From contig OZ336874.1 of the NCBI GenBank assembly GCA_965287045.1, forward strand, positions 85,250,001-85,314,000: DNA of 64,000 bases. Direction: 5' to 3'. This DNA comes from Carcharhinus amblyrhynchos. Its lineage: Eukaryota. The position numbers and the translations under genes were made by a program. Positions 35,206-49,800 of this stretch are shown here, in pieces (position 1 is the stretch's first letter; the number at the start of each line of letters is the position of its first letter). The notes beneath the pieces were generated by a model. The model was not told the DNA's origin, searched no databases, and saw only the letters and a program-made list of their open reading frames with translations.

Positions 35206-38200
35206 CTCCCTTTAGTTTCAACGTCTTTGTTGTCAGTGATGTTCATGTATCAAAAACTTTCAGTTAGAATTGAAGTGATGTGTTGATGTAGGACGTGGCT
35301 CAATCATTGAATAGAACGAACATGGCAACTCGGGAGGCAGCATATGAACTACTACAATGGCAGATTCAAGTGGTTAGTATCACAGCAAAATAACCATTTA
35401 TCTCCGTTTCTAACCAAGAAATACCTTTAAGTCGAAAGTCTTCTTGAAATCACATTTCTTTCAACAAAAAAACGAATCGTTTTAATGATGATGATTCCTG
35501 ACATTTTGATTTCATTTTCTAATTGAATGAACGAGTAAGTCAGTTTTAGGAAGGGAATAAAGTCTTCGTCGTTGATACGGACCTTGATGCGGTAAGCCAG
35601 TTGGAAGAGTTCAAGTTACCTGGTTACTTCCCAAGTTTGAAACAAAGTTTCCTCATCTTCCATGGGAAGTTCGTAGGGTGAGACCAATATTCAGACAAGA
35701 AACAGTAGTTTCTTAATTATGCTTTCAACCGGTCATTGGAGTCTTTGTGGGATCCAGAAAAAAATGCCAGGCCTATCATATGGCTAAATCCAGACACAGT
35801 GAAATTTAGTCTGGGCGCTGGAACAAGAGAAGTGAGATCACCTGCCCATTCAGATATCTGACTGAGAATTAAAACGTCTTGGCACTATCAAACAGCGTTA
35901 TCAGATGAGATTATTGAAACGAAAGTTCATTTAACTCAATTACTTCTTAACCTCAGCGCCGGGGTTGTTTTCAAACCCAGTAATCCCTCTTGGTTATTTG
36001 GTGCAACAGGGAACAAAGCCTTCGAGCCCTTGCTTCCTTTTACCCACGCCAGTCATCTGGGAAAAGAGCACAAGTACTGTTTAGGTTTCTTATATTTTAC
36101 AGGAAAGAACGTATCCTCTTCATTTATATGAAACGTTACAGTTTCTTCCATTTGAAATTGAACCAAGATTCATTTTTACTTCCAGGAATTTTTAACATTG
36201 GGTTTCATAACATTGGGTGTTTCTGAAGAAATAAAATGTCGTTCTTATCACATGAAAAGGTGATAAAAGCACTACCTCTAATGCAACGCTGAGAAAAGCT
36301 GGTTGCTTTGAAACCTGTTTCTAACGGTCAAGCTTTAATCCAGAATTCTCGATTTTAGTTTAAAACGCAGGCAATATGCTAAACATGTTTTATCCATACA
36401 AAAATAAGCATATGTAGTTTTGAATTTGAAATGTAGCACTATACATTTTCGGGCATCTCCCTCACTCAGTTCCTACCTGTGCAACAGGATCAGACGCAGC
36501 GGGTTAGTTTTTTCGCTTTTCTGTACCGAAAACATTTGTGAGTTGTGCAATGAAATCTGGATTGTTAATATGTTGACCTGGACACAGTTTCAGAGTTAAT
36601 ATAAGTAGCTTTGTTTCATAAAAGGACCTCACAAAATGTTTCACAATGTTGATTTATAAGAATGATGATACAAAGAAAATGTGTAGTGAACAAATACTTA
36701 CATTGTTTGAGCAGGAACCCTATTTCTCGATGCAATGCTACTACATATAATAGGAAATGAGAATATCTATCGAAAGCAAATATAAGTTTTAACTTCTGAA
36801 GAGAACTAGATTATTGTCTACTTTATTTCTAGATAGCCGAAATTAAGTGAACATCATTTATTGCAATAACGGTTAAGGACCCATTATATCGCCCATAGAT
36901 CTCTAATTGTACGATATACTACAGGATGGTCGAACTTTTGACCCATATCAATATGCGATGACCTATGGGCCTGAAGCAGTGTTTCAGAACTCAATCACCT
37001 ATATGAATATGAATTAACATATAGCTAACGATTTTCAGCTGTACTGCCCACACAGCGCCATGTACAGATTGGCAGTACCTGCAGGAGTGTTCAATCCCTG
37101 TGAAAATATTTTTTCTCCGAATAGTTTATATTTCCGGCCAATTGTTAAATGTCGTTGTGTGATCATTTTAATTCTTCTTGTCATGATGCATGGGGCATCC
37201 TGTCAGTCCGCCGCGTTAGAGTAAAATTAGTGTTAATAACTGAAGGTAGGAACTAGTAAATAGAGAACTTAACTATAAATAATAAATACGATCGCTAAAC
37301 CTCTAAAGAATAAGTTACAGGCCTCGTCATTTCTCAGCTGTGGGCTTTTGTTTAACTGTACTATTCTCTGGTGTTAATTTGTCATAGAAATTAGGGCTAG
37401 ATATAAACGTTGTGACTGCGAAAAACTAGCACAGCAAGCAGCAGACTTTCGTCTTCTGTGAAATCTCTATCCCCGTATTAATAGCAAGTGCAGAATTATT
37501 TTGTCCAGCATTAAGAAAAAAAACAACTGTCGAGCTGCTGACAGGAAGCTAACATAAATGGCCTTCGTGACTGTTAACAGATTAATAAATTGCGGGGCAC
37601 ACCTTGGAGTTCAGTTGACATTCATATAAAACGGTGGTATTAGTGAATGCATTGGAGCTATATATTAATTATGTGCTAATATACGTCAATGAGGTATATA
37701 ATCCATACATCCGTATCACTTGTTGAAAGTGGTCAAGTGCATTTATAGGGATTGACAGTTTATATGTGATAGCTAAGAAGTATTTAATAGGAATTCAAAT
37801 GTTAAATCTGTGCCACCTTTATTAAGAACGTGGAAAATAATAATGGATGGTGGCCCTTGCGCCCGTGAAAAAAAACCCAAAGTGAGAATTTTCAAGGTTG
37901 CTTATTAGATGGTAAACAAAAATGTTGCATCGGGTTGCGGACCGAGTTTCCTTTATAGAAGAACACGCATGGAATCGCTCCGATAAACATTCTAAACAGT
38001 TAAAAATACAACAAAATAAAGTTTAATACACCTCTGATTGATTGACAGGCACTACTGAAGCGCACGATAAAAGTTCTAGCAGATCTTCCAGTGGCAATTA
38101 AACCATACGTCTGAATGCTATTAACATTAACTCTTGTGAATTTAACATATATTTTTGTAGGCAAAAGCTTCACCTTTTAAATTCAACCTTTTTAGTTGCT

Positions 38201-41200
38201 AGCACTCTTCGTGTTTGTGAGTTTATTCACTAGATCAGTGACAGCTCTTTATTTGCATAATTATATGCTATAGTCTGAAGTGAAAACTAACCTCCAAATT
38301 TCATGGGTCACCAAGCTGCAACAATCAATGTTTTATCACGTATGCTAAGGAAAATCTAAGAAGCTCTATAAAGTTTCTTGGGGATTTGTTTTTTTTTCTC
38401 TGTCTCTCGGAGAGAGAAAAAAAGAATATGTGTGTTTCTTCAAGAGATGTAGAAACCTTTACATCGCTTCTTAGTAACTGAAATCTATTACTCTGTGATA
38501 ATAGAGATTAGAATGTACGTGGGGATTTCAGTCCGTTTACTTTTACTTCAAAGTAGTTCCGTAAAATACGATTCGTAGTATAAAATAGCCGACAGTTCTA
38601 ACCAGATGAAATCGGGTTATGTGCATTATTTCGTACAAACCAATTTGATGAGTAATTTTAACTACAGATGTACTTTATAATGAAGTCGTTGTATATTTCA
38701 CGTATGGTACACTATTCGAAATCTATTTTAACCGTCTGTTCATTGCCAACAATTGTTAAATATTGGCGACACCACGAAATTATTAAATGATATTGACCCT
38801 TCTCTGTTTGGTTTGCTTATGTATTTTCAACGAACAATTTCTCTGAACAAGCTTCGCTCTTGGACGCAGCTCCCAAAACACGATTACATTAATTTGGATT
38901 GTGTTTTCAACTCATATGGATGGAATTTTCTTTTTTTTTTAATTTGAGGAAATGTTAAGCATATAAATTTAGATATAAAAGTTCTTTCTTTAAACCAACA
39001 TTTGTTTCAGTTTCTTAAACTTGCTTCTTTCTTGTCCACATTCAGGAAGAAAAATGATTGAAAAACATGAATGAACGTTGCAAAAATAAAGAGTAAATTA
39101 CTCTTCGTAATAATTAGAAGTTAGCCAGGGTCTCTTTCCCAACCTTTAACTATCATCTTTATTATACATAAAAATCATACCATTATAACTACACATGAAG
39201 AGCACTGATTGTTCCGCATATTGATATACAGACTAGTATATCTATATTCGTGTGTTTCAATTGGTATATTGCTATTAAAAGTATTTCTACGTCCATATCT
39301 AGACAGCTATGCGCATCTCATTTACAAATCAGTACAGTTTTCAAGTGTCGCTGAACATCTACGGGGTTTTTGCCCCTCATTAATGTCAAACTTAATTTGA
39401 ATCTCTGTTCAAATTTTAACTTCTTGGAGACATGGCAGGATGAATCAGCAGGACAACAACCCCTGAAACTTACCAACAACTTCAATGCCAGTTTTCCACT
39501 GTGGTCAATCTGATCAATCTTATTCCTGATTGATGCGCAAAGGTTATTTGATCAACAGCTGTCCTCAATCTCATTGATATAGTCGTAGAAGGCCAATTTG
39601 GGCTATTTTCAAAAGTGCTATGCCTGTTATATCTGGAAATGATCCCAAAATACTAAATGTGCTGCAACAACGTGTCTACTTAGATGGGTAGGGGTAGGGG
39701 CTGGCAGGGGGCGGGGGGGGGATGGTTGGTGCGGGCATTCCCAATTTTAAATTGTATTAAAACGCATAGACAACCAAGCTATTCCTGTTTTATTAGGGCA
39801 CATATATTTAGTGTCTTGATACTACTATCACCTATTCACTGTGGCAGGTCACAAACATGCACATGGGACATGGTAAGGACTGCGCAATATTGGATAGAAA
39901 TGGTTTTGTAACGCATGTATTTGGTTCTGAGGAAATGTGCTCTTAAAGATTATAGAAACTGGCATCACAGAATTAGCCAAATGACAGCTCTTGGTTACTT
40001 GCTGCTGTGCAGGTAAGACAGAAAAAGTGTTAGAAGGTCACCTGTTTATAAAGAATGTGGGCTAATGCTTTCTGCAGATTAGCGTTCCCCGTTGCTCTCC
40101 CCCACCCAGCTCCCCGTTCTCGAACTTTATGGAGCTCAGGTTGTTTGCTCCTCTGTTGGTCGACCAACAAAGTCCAGTCCAACACCTTCTCTCTTCCCAT
40201 TCAGCTCTCACCTAAGCGAAAAGGTTTGTTTTTTGTTTTGATGCCAATACTGAGAAGTAATTGCACAGCTTCCAGCTTGTTACCACTCCACTCACTGTAT
40301 TTTCAGCTCAATTTTGCTTCACGCTTAAAGCAGAGTTGCAGTTCCATGACACATTTCACTTGCACTGAACGGACTTGCTTTTAGTTCCACAAGGCAGCAT
40401 TGGAGGGCCATCTACAAGCCATTAATTTAGATTTCCGAAGGGTCGCGAACACCAGCTTTTGCGCGCAGATTTTTTAAATCCAGTTTCTTACTAATTGTCG
40501 CTAAACGAAATGCACTCGCTCCTATATACATAATATATTACATTCTAAACCACACTTACAGCTAAAATAATGACCTAACCACTGCTAGCTTCAGGGTCAA
40601 GGTTGATGTCAACCCCAAATCGCACCAACTTTTGTCAAATGGTTCTGCATCTACACATCGATTTCCTGCGGGCTACTGGGCCTGAACTTTCAAACCAGTG
40701 TTAAATAAATCGACGTGTAGTTCAACTCACAGTGGTCGCTGAATAAAACATAAGTCAAATATCCATGGATCCATTGCATTTTGGTGCACAGGTGCCATCG
40801 TCCTCAAAGAGCTCGTCTTGAAACCAAATACATTTCAACGACTTGGAATATTTTTGCTAAACTTTATCAGATGAACACTTTGACTATATAAAAAGGGCTC
40901 AAGCTTCTTTTGTGCTCATTACGAGAGTTAGAAATTTAATGCGAAAACAATAGAAGGCAGTGGAGATTGGGGACTGGACAGTTCAATAACTTTTCCTTCC
41001 AACCCTTGGCCCTCATTGCCCAAGAGTTCCGGATATCTAACAGCCAAATAATTAATCAATGGATTTACTTTCACTAAACTCCAACTCATCTGAAGTGGAT
41101 ATTACTCGCTTAACACAATTAGATACAATTTCAAATTTTTATAAAAATCAACTTTTTGTTTCGTTTTCGCTTACGTTTGTCACCTCTGATTTGGGGTAAC

Positions 41201-42135
41201 ATTTTTAAACTGTTTTAACGCCAGCAGCAAGAGTGTCCATATTCTTGTTTTATTATCTGAAAAGATAACCAAATATTGATTGATTTTTTTTACTTGCTCT
41301 GAAACATTTAACACTTTACAGAATGCAGAGGATATAAGTGACCCAGGAAACCAAACTGAAGCTCTCGATATCCATTTATACATGTGCTGGTATTAAATAT
41401 AAGTATTTTAAATATTATATGGGGCAGCGATCTCCATTTCCATTTATGTTGTGCTGCTTTATATGGGCCGTTATTGCGCCAACTCCTGCCGTTTAAAATG
41501 TAACAGATAGTTTAAATATACCCATTTTCCAAATTGTGGGAATAATTATGTGAACTGTATTATTTACTATTTTCTCTACTCATTGCATTTGGCTGCTTAC
41601 CGGTTTGTTAGATTACATATATTACACGGAGCTTAACTTGTGAAATATAAATTCTCCAACACCAATTAAATAAAATTTGAAGGCTACAAACTATAACTAG
41701 AAGTACTTGATGTGGGTTAATTCATAAGATGATATTGCAATTACGTCATTGTATGTGTATATGTTATATAAAATTAACATGAAAATATATATTAAATGTG
41801 AAATTCTTTAACATATCTGAGAACGTTGTTGTAAAATATAATACATGAGCATAAGTTATTTGACATTACAAACGGTTCGCATCCCTCTAAAAACTAAGCG
41901 CCGTAGTTCAAAGAAAAAATATTTAAGCAGCTGTCAGCTCCTGGAACAGAAAACTTTGGGGGGGGGGGGCGGTCGGTAGGTGATGGCAAATGGAAACATT
42001 AAAGAGTAAAGCGCCATGTACCATTTACTTTTTTACAACACGGGTTGTGCATGTCTATGAATTGGTATTGGGGAGAATGCGGAGTCAAACACCATTCAGT
42101 TATTGCGATCTCAAGGCACCAAGCGCTCGGCACTG

Positions 42136-42156
42136 AGTAGCACCATGGACAGCGCA
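42136..42156 (+). promoter_or_regulatory. RE1/NRSE (REST-binding) element
   Basis: AGTAGCACCATGGACAGCGCA matches the consensus TTCAGCACCnnGGACAGCGCC over 17 contiguous positions with the canonical 2-bp spacer. Confidence 0.65.
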
Positions 42157-45100
42157 CTACAGCATTGTCAGAAATCAGGCACTTTTCACCGATATCTTGG
42201 CAAATACAGTAGAGGGAGAAAATGAAGTATTTACACCAAAGCATCGTTAAGAGAGGACAGAAACAATTGTTTTTTTTTTCAATTCCTGGAACTTCTTTAT
42301 TTATTACCTAAAGTTTGAATAAATATATAACATAGAGCATAATTCCTACACTTGTTCCTCATCTATATACATACTTAGTAACAGATATATTTCTCTACAT
42401 TCTGCTCCTTTGGGCCCCATTGGTTTTGCAGCTCTCGCTAGTTTTATCTTTATTTTAGTATTGTTTCAGTATTTTGATTTTCTGTTTTTTTTATATTTGC
42501 AACCGTCGAAGTTCCTCATCTCTTTTTAATTCACATCGCCTACTCATTTTGTCTTTCTCGTCCCCATTTGTCTTATTAGTTATTGCCGTCTTTTGTATTT
42601 TTATAGTCTGGTTCATTTTTCTCTCTCGTCTTCGTGATGTACATTTCTGCCTTTTGCCTTGACTTCGCTTTCTTGGATGTTTAATTTTCACCGCGCTTTC
42701 GAAAAGATTTCCAACTGAGAGCTTTATTGGTGATTGCGATTTTGTTACCATTCAAAGACGAACAGAAGCTTTAAATTCAAAAAATGTATTACAATTCCGA
42801 AAGTTGTATTGGGGCCTACTGTATATATGTGTGTGTATGTGCGCGCTTGTGTATATAAAGAAAAGTTTAAAAGAAAACTTTGGTACAAGTGGACATAGTT
42901 CATTCAGAAATTAGGTATCTGTTGAATTACACCTGGAATTTGTGAGCGGATTTGCTTTTGGGCAGGAGCTGTTTGATGGGAGTTGCAGCTTCCCGACAGC
43001 TTGTTAATTAAAGCCCCCTGGAGATGAGCCTCTGGAGCCACCGTCCGTATCAAACTCGTGCTAAATATCCAGATCCTGACAGCAACCTAACAACATTCAG
43101 CAGTATAATAAAAAGGACAAAAGAAAAATGCTGAATCTATTTCGCCTTTCCACTTTCTCCTCCTGCATCCCAGATTGCTACCCAGGTTCTTCAATCTTTC
43201 ATCACTTAAAATCTATATAGAAAGTAGGAATCGCCAGCCTTCAGTCCTTCTGCTTTTAATCTTTTCCAAATGTGAGGAAACTTGTTTTCAAAATTAAAAC
43301 GCGGGCTTATAATTGCATTTTGCTTTCCCGATAGAAAGATAATTCATAAATTATCTGCGCGTATTTTTTAAAGTAATGCAAAAGGAAGGTTCTAATACAT
43401 TAAACAACACTGTACATGAATTCGCTATTTTATGTCTATGTTTATATTTCATCGACCTGTTGAACTGTGTGATTTTAATAATTTCATACGATTGTTCAAG
43501 TTAATCATTTGAACTGGAGAATGGTCGCACAGTGTCTGAAATGCTTATATCTTACATATTGAACAGATCAGTATTTATCGCGGCTCTCGCTAATACAAAA
43601 TCCCGAGCATTGGGATAAAATTATACGGCTTTGGCATTTAACTTTGCAACAAATACATTCTCCTATTTATTTCCTCTGTGATTAGCCACTTCAGATAGCA
43701 AGCCTTCTTTCTTCTATTAACCTCAGATCTTGCTTCACCGGCTCCGGCTAGAGACAGTCTTGTCATCTGTCCACTGAACCTGGTTAAACCCTTTTCACCT
43801 GGCCACTTTTTCTCTTGCAACCCTTCAAAGTCATCCCTAAATGGCTCTTGTTCTGTGTAGATCATTTGTCAACGTCAAAAGATGGACTTGCTTCTATTTA
43901 GTGGAAGCAAACTGCCCACTGTGTGGTGATACTATAAAAAGAAAAAGCTTCCTTGATACTTTCATTGAAATCAATATCATATCCCAAATCTTTACCAAAT
44001 ATATGGACCGCTTTCAAAACTAATGAATTTATAAAAGGCAATACTTCTTCCATCGATTGCGATTTCTAAATCTGAGAAATTGAAAGTGTCGCATCAACAT
44101 CTATATTAGAATACCCTCTGAAGAAATCGTTCAACTCAAATTATTCTGTAGTTAGAAATAAACCAAAATATATGTTATTTTCATGTCAGTATTATCCCTT
44201 CAGTATAATGCACATCCCCTGGCATGAAATAGGCCGAGGCAGGAATGTTATCCTAATAACCGTGTTGCGTAATGGTTTATTTCTATTCTCTGATGTGAAT
44301 AATAACATTGGAACACGCTGGTTTCTAATAACTGATAATATCAATCTTAAGATGTTGCCGTTTGATCTCAGACGGAAAATTCATGCGTAAATTGAAAAGA
44401 AAATGCAGCTCGTTAGTGTAGCACTGATTTTAAGGTCCTCAATGCTGCTCGGAACCGTGTCTATTTCACATAGGTTAATATTATAGTGCACATTAATTGT
44501 AACTTTGCCTAATTTTCACTCCAATAAATGAACTATACTGTAAGAATTGCACAAGAACCGCATCAGACCGATGACTTTAAAGAGTTCAGTGGCAAAGATT
44601 CGTTCTTTTATCCTTTATTTGTACATTTTAATCTAACACTTAAAATTTCTAAAAAATATCAATCAAAACAGAAGTTTTTCCAAACTTTTTTCAAACACCT
44701 TTCGGAATCAATTCCTTCCAAAATATCCCAAATCTGTTCAGTTCATTTGTGCACAAAACAATCGTTAAGATTTTAACAGATGGAACCATTTTGCTTAGGA
44801 GATATCCTATCGAATTCCGGCTTTAGTGACACAGGAAAGCTGGCATGATTTCAAATAATTTTGCGCAGGGAAATGCAAACAGCAACTATAATATATTCCC
44901 TATTGCTTTTAATTTAAAACATAACACTTGATCCATTTATTTGTGGATGAAAGTCGTGTTAACATCGTTGGCATTCTGGCAAGGCATATAAGGGAGATTG
45001 CCATTCAACATCTCACATTGGATTAAAGATCTATATTGAATTAATGGGTCTTGTCAATTTTTATGTTAAAATTAATGTATCTGAAATATTTTATATAAAA

Positions 45101-46807
45101 ACTAATAACAAACGATAATTTTAACCCTTTGCGTTTTTAACGGGATATTTAACCATCCAATAAATCGAATTAACCCTGTCTTTACTTTGCTGACCAAAGA
45201 GTTGGCAGTTACTGTGGGAGGGAGGCCTGGTGTGCAGGTGTGCAGTGGCCGCTATTCAGGCTGCAATACCCGGCTGCCGCGCTGTGAGACTGCAGACTTC
45301 TCTGCCTGCTCTTTGCTACGGGGTTCAGAGCCACCTAGTCACTAGGTAGCCGCTGCCGGTTCTGTTTGCCTTTTCGTTTCACGGCAGTAAAATGGGAGGC
45401 GAATGCAAAATTCAGAGCCAAATGCAAAATAGCCATTAACAAAGAATCCGTTGCTGTGTGCACGAATATTCCGTTACCTCGTCCTTTGTAGGCCAGTTAG
45501 GTATGACTGTATAACACTAACCGGCGACACCTTTCGAGTTTACCCACAATGTTTGACAAATTGATTCGATTATTTCTCACAAAATACCTATCTACATTAT
45601 CAAGCACATTGAGACAGATTGATTAAGGCAGTTTAAAAGTGAAATTGATTGCAAATTCATTGAACACAGTTCACAATACCCCGTTCTGCAGCGACTCCCT
45701 AATAAATGACACAAATGGGGGTCCGCAAATGAATATAGTAAAATGTAGCCGATCTGTATTCAGTATTTACTTCTAAAAATCTGATTGGTATGTCTGATCA
45801 ACAATATAGGGAGTGCGAACAAAAATGAAACAATTCCCCCTATAGACCGTGAAAAAAAGGCAACTATAGATTGGCCGCCGCTAATGTGGAAGTTAGTTGT
45901 TTTTCTGATACTGGAATGTGGTTTCCATTTACTTCAAACTGAAACCCGTTCCATTTATTTGCTTGTTCTTTTTGAGGTTGAAGGGAACATCCAAAGCGAA
46001 AAGACTAATTCTGCGATCTTTATTCAAAGCTTCATTTGATATTACAAATCGAATTTTTCTGCCGGATCGATAGATACAATTAGTTCCTGCAAACCCCCTG
46101 GCAAATCACTTTTGCCAAAATCTGATGCATTTCTGTACGGGAAGCTACTTCCATGTTTATCAATTGCAGGCAAATGTTGTACTTAGCGCTCGATTGGGCA
46201 GCGCTAGCTGACTCTTAGTCGAAAAAAAGTTCTAGTGCAATTAGAAATGTACTGAGCTCGTGGTTAAGCGATCAATAATTAACCAGGCCGATCCTGAGCA
46301 AAAACCGCCGAATAAGTTCTCAGGTTGTTTGAGATGGTAAGTGGAGAATTGAAATGTCCAAAAGGTGAAAAATGATTTATCATAAATATAGGGTGTGTCA
46401 CTTCAATAGCATTTCATGTTCGTGGATGATAAAATGCATCATTTGCTAGTGTGTTTATTGTTTAAAATATTTTCCACCATTGTGAAGCATATGTGACAGT
46501 AGGGTCTCAAGTCCATCCAGCTACAGATGTGATATTTTAGTGCGAAATCTAATATAGCGAAATAATAATTGGGCCAGAAAACTAACATGTGATATACAAT
46601 GACTGCTCATTTGGGGAGGGGGTGGTGGAGGAGAGGAGAATCAAACGCGCGATGTAACGAACTAGGCTATGTGATTATATTAAAATCGAAAACACCTGGA
46701 CAGCTGTGCATGTGCGTGAAAGTGGTTAAAATAAATCTTAAAGCAAAACAGCTTGAAACAAATGTTTCCATCTACTCCTGCGGTTGAAGTTGCGTTCGCG
46801 AAATATA

Positions 46808-46821
46808 GCGCCATCTAGCAC
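46808..46821 (-). promoter_or_regulatory. CTCF-like motif
   Basis: GCGCCATCTAGCAC (reverse GTGCTAGATGGCGC) contains the CTAGATGGCGC core. Confidence 0.5.
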
Positions 46822-49800
46822 TCACATTCCGAAACTACATCGCAGCACGGGGGACGGGGGGAACAGTCCCTGAAGATCATAGCACAGCATATTTAGACAA
46901 ACAATCTAACAACTCTGGAAATAATACATGAAAATTCATCAACGGGAGACATAGGGACAAACATTCTAACACTTACAAATTGTTTAAGCAACTATGATCT
47001 TTCAAAGGGCCAATCATTGACATTTAACAGTACACGATGTAAAGATGTTTATCCCTACATATGTATGAATGTGTGTATGTATGTATCTATCTCTCTTTCT
47101 TTCTATCTATCTATCCAATGTTCCATGAGTGTAAACACTGTACATTATACTAAATGCAGCTATCGCAAATGAATAAATATATAGCTGGTCGACTTTATTT
47201 TAAATCACGTTTTAAAACACAAACCAATCTGTAAGATGGACTCTTTTCAAGTTGAAACATAGTGTCATGAAAAGAGACACGTTGCTATCCAATCTCCTAA
47301 TTAGAAAGCTAAACGATGTTTGCCGTGATCTGAGGTTTATGAATTTACTTTCTTAAAAATATAGAGTGGAATTGTATTAAATGTCGGCAATTAACAAGTG
47401 TGCCACGGAAATAGTTTGATTAGTATTCTATCAACAAAAGGTTATATGATCTCTGTAATACCTTAATTCTTTTACCTAAGAAAATTTCCCCAAACAACTC
47501 GAAGTGGGTGCTGGTCCATCTTTCCGTGAAGCAAAGGTGAAAGAAACCCTTAATGAGGTATTTCACCTTGCTGTGCCAAGTCCCTCAGTAAACTGCTTTA
47601 AGATAGCACAGTGTATGTAAAATATCATTCATAATTGTCACTTAAAGCGTTTACATTTTGCCTACATTTTTAAAAAAACGGATACTTAATCTGGTTTATC
47701 ATAAATTAATATGCATATTCGAATGTTTTTTGCATTTAATGTTCATGAAATCTTCTATCGTGTTAGGATCAAGTCGAACCGAAATAGTGGATTCGGTCAT
47801 GCTGCACGTAAATTGAAATTAGATGCGAGCCAGCCGACGTTTTGTTTCGGAATATATAACTGTGATTTGAGTCTCTTTCGGGCAAAGTTGGCTGATTTTA
47901 AAATATCTCTAGAAATGTAAAATATTTATTTTCATAATTGCATTGCACAAATCGTTATTTATTAAAAGGAAGGATATTTACACCGAATCACATCTCATTA
48001 GCTCATAAAACATTACACACGATGTCTGGTTTTATTTTCTTGAAGATTATAATTATTTCATCTTGAAGTTGTTAGCAGCACAGTGACATAACTGATGTGA
48101 TGCATCTGATTTCCTCAGAGTCAGTCTCTGTTCTGTTTTCTACTATACAGTTCTGGGATGGTTTATTGTAGCTTAAGGCTTTAAAAATAAGACTAGTAAT
48201 TATACACAACCGGAACCTCGAACTTGTACGTGAGTTAATGACCTGGTTCTTCATCCAATTCAGCGGGAAGAAAATTTCCACAAATATTATACAGAGTTAA
48301 ATCTACTGCTATATTGTCCAGCAGTCTCTACTTAAATGGACTTAAATGGTCGTCGAACTGCACCCAAGAAGCACGACATGGCTTCTTATTTAGCAGATAT
48401 GAGGGAATAAAACACAACTAAACAAAGGAACGAAAAACAAACCCCAAAATATGAGAAATACTGTCTACCTAACAGCTCATTTTAAGAGTAATAATGAGGG
48501 TTTCTATGGTAATTATCTCTGTTTTTCTCTCGTCAGGTATATAAGGGAAAGGACACGTTCATATTGTGTGATTATTTTGACCAGACGCCCGTGATAAATC
48601 CCATGTGTGAATCCATTGGAAACAAACACTTTTAAAACAATACGCATCTACTTACATTTTCCCCACATCAAAAGTCACAGCAGAGAGAATGAGATTCAAC
48701 ATTATGCTGAGTAGAAGACTGAGAAAATTGCTGCAATTTGAAAGCGACAATGACAATAACCTTCATCTAAAGCCTTATTTATTATAAAAAATCCAAACCA
48801 ACTCACTGAAATGTAAAGAAAATCACATCTTAAGCTTCGAGGAACATATAGATTTCCAAACAGGCTAATCGCCAATAGACAAAGGCACATCAGGATAACT
48901 ATACAGCAGTATGTTACAATACAGTGAATGCAGAGTGTGGAATAACATCGCTTAATAGCATTAAAAGGCAAAGAACATAGATGCCAGCGGCACTAAGCTT
49001 TATTCCTGAAAAACGTTAGAAAGTATTCTTCTAATGATTTCCTGGCAGAATAGATGTCATTAATTGTTTCACAGAAATTGTTTGATTTCTCCCTTAGTTT
49101 TATTGGTGTGCTGGAGTATTATTGGTAAATGAATGGAGGATGGTACAGAAAGAAGATAAGGCAACAGAAGTGAGATCAATTGCAAACATTATAAAGAGAC
49201 TGCTTAACGTCTGTCGAAATGCTCCCTTTAGTAAAAGGTGTTAACTTGATGCTGCCGGCGCTGTAATATTTGCAATTCCATATTAGGCAGCCTGCAAATT
49301 AAATATTCTGCAGGAGATGAATAAAAAATTACAGTTTAAATTGAAGGTGCACGCTGGCCTCTGTTGTACAGTTTTGCAGTGTATAATTGTATAGACTTTT
49401 TTTTAGCAAGAGTGCATTGTGACAGCACGCCTTACCTTAACAGTCTCATCTATATATCAAACATCCCCACTTGCGAAATCTATGTGGAGCTGAACGCAAG
49501 GGACTTCAAACTTTCTTTGATGTGGTTCACAAAAAAAACTGAGCTTCACCTGAATGTTTTGCTCCCCCTCCTCCTCTTGTTTCTTATTAAAACCACCACA
49601 TTCCTTCTGTCCAGTGATAGCTTATTAAAGTGTCCTTTGTCCTTCCTTGTTCTGTCTTTATAATGTTATGGAAAGCGTGAGTTAAATTTTCACACAGCAG
49701 TCACGTGCGAAGTTCGAAGGGACATTAATGTATAATCCGAGGAGCAACAATTAGTAAACTGAGTTCAGCTGTCTGAGTGAATAGGAAAGAATAACCATCG

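Larger units (their letters stand above)
32520..35220 (+). other. FAM172A: Probable FAM172A 3' UTR
   Basis: Runs from the stop codon to the first clear AATAAA I found that has a downstream GU-rich tract. The end point is inferred. Confidence 0.5.

Noticed and set aside
46185-46330. Possible tRNA gene or SINE head
   Set aside because: Only vague A-box-like similarity, with no B box or cloverleaf. If it is a very old SINE it would be a minor exception to the TE-free domain.
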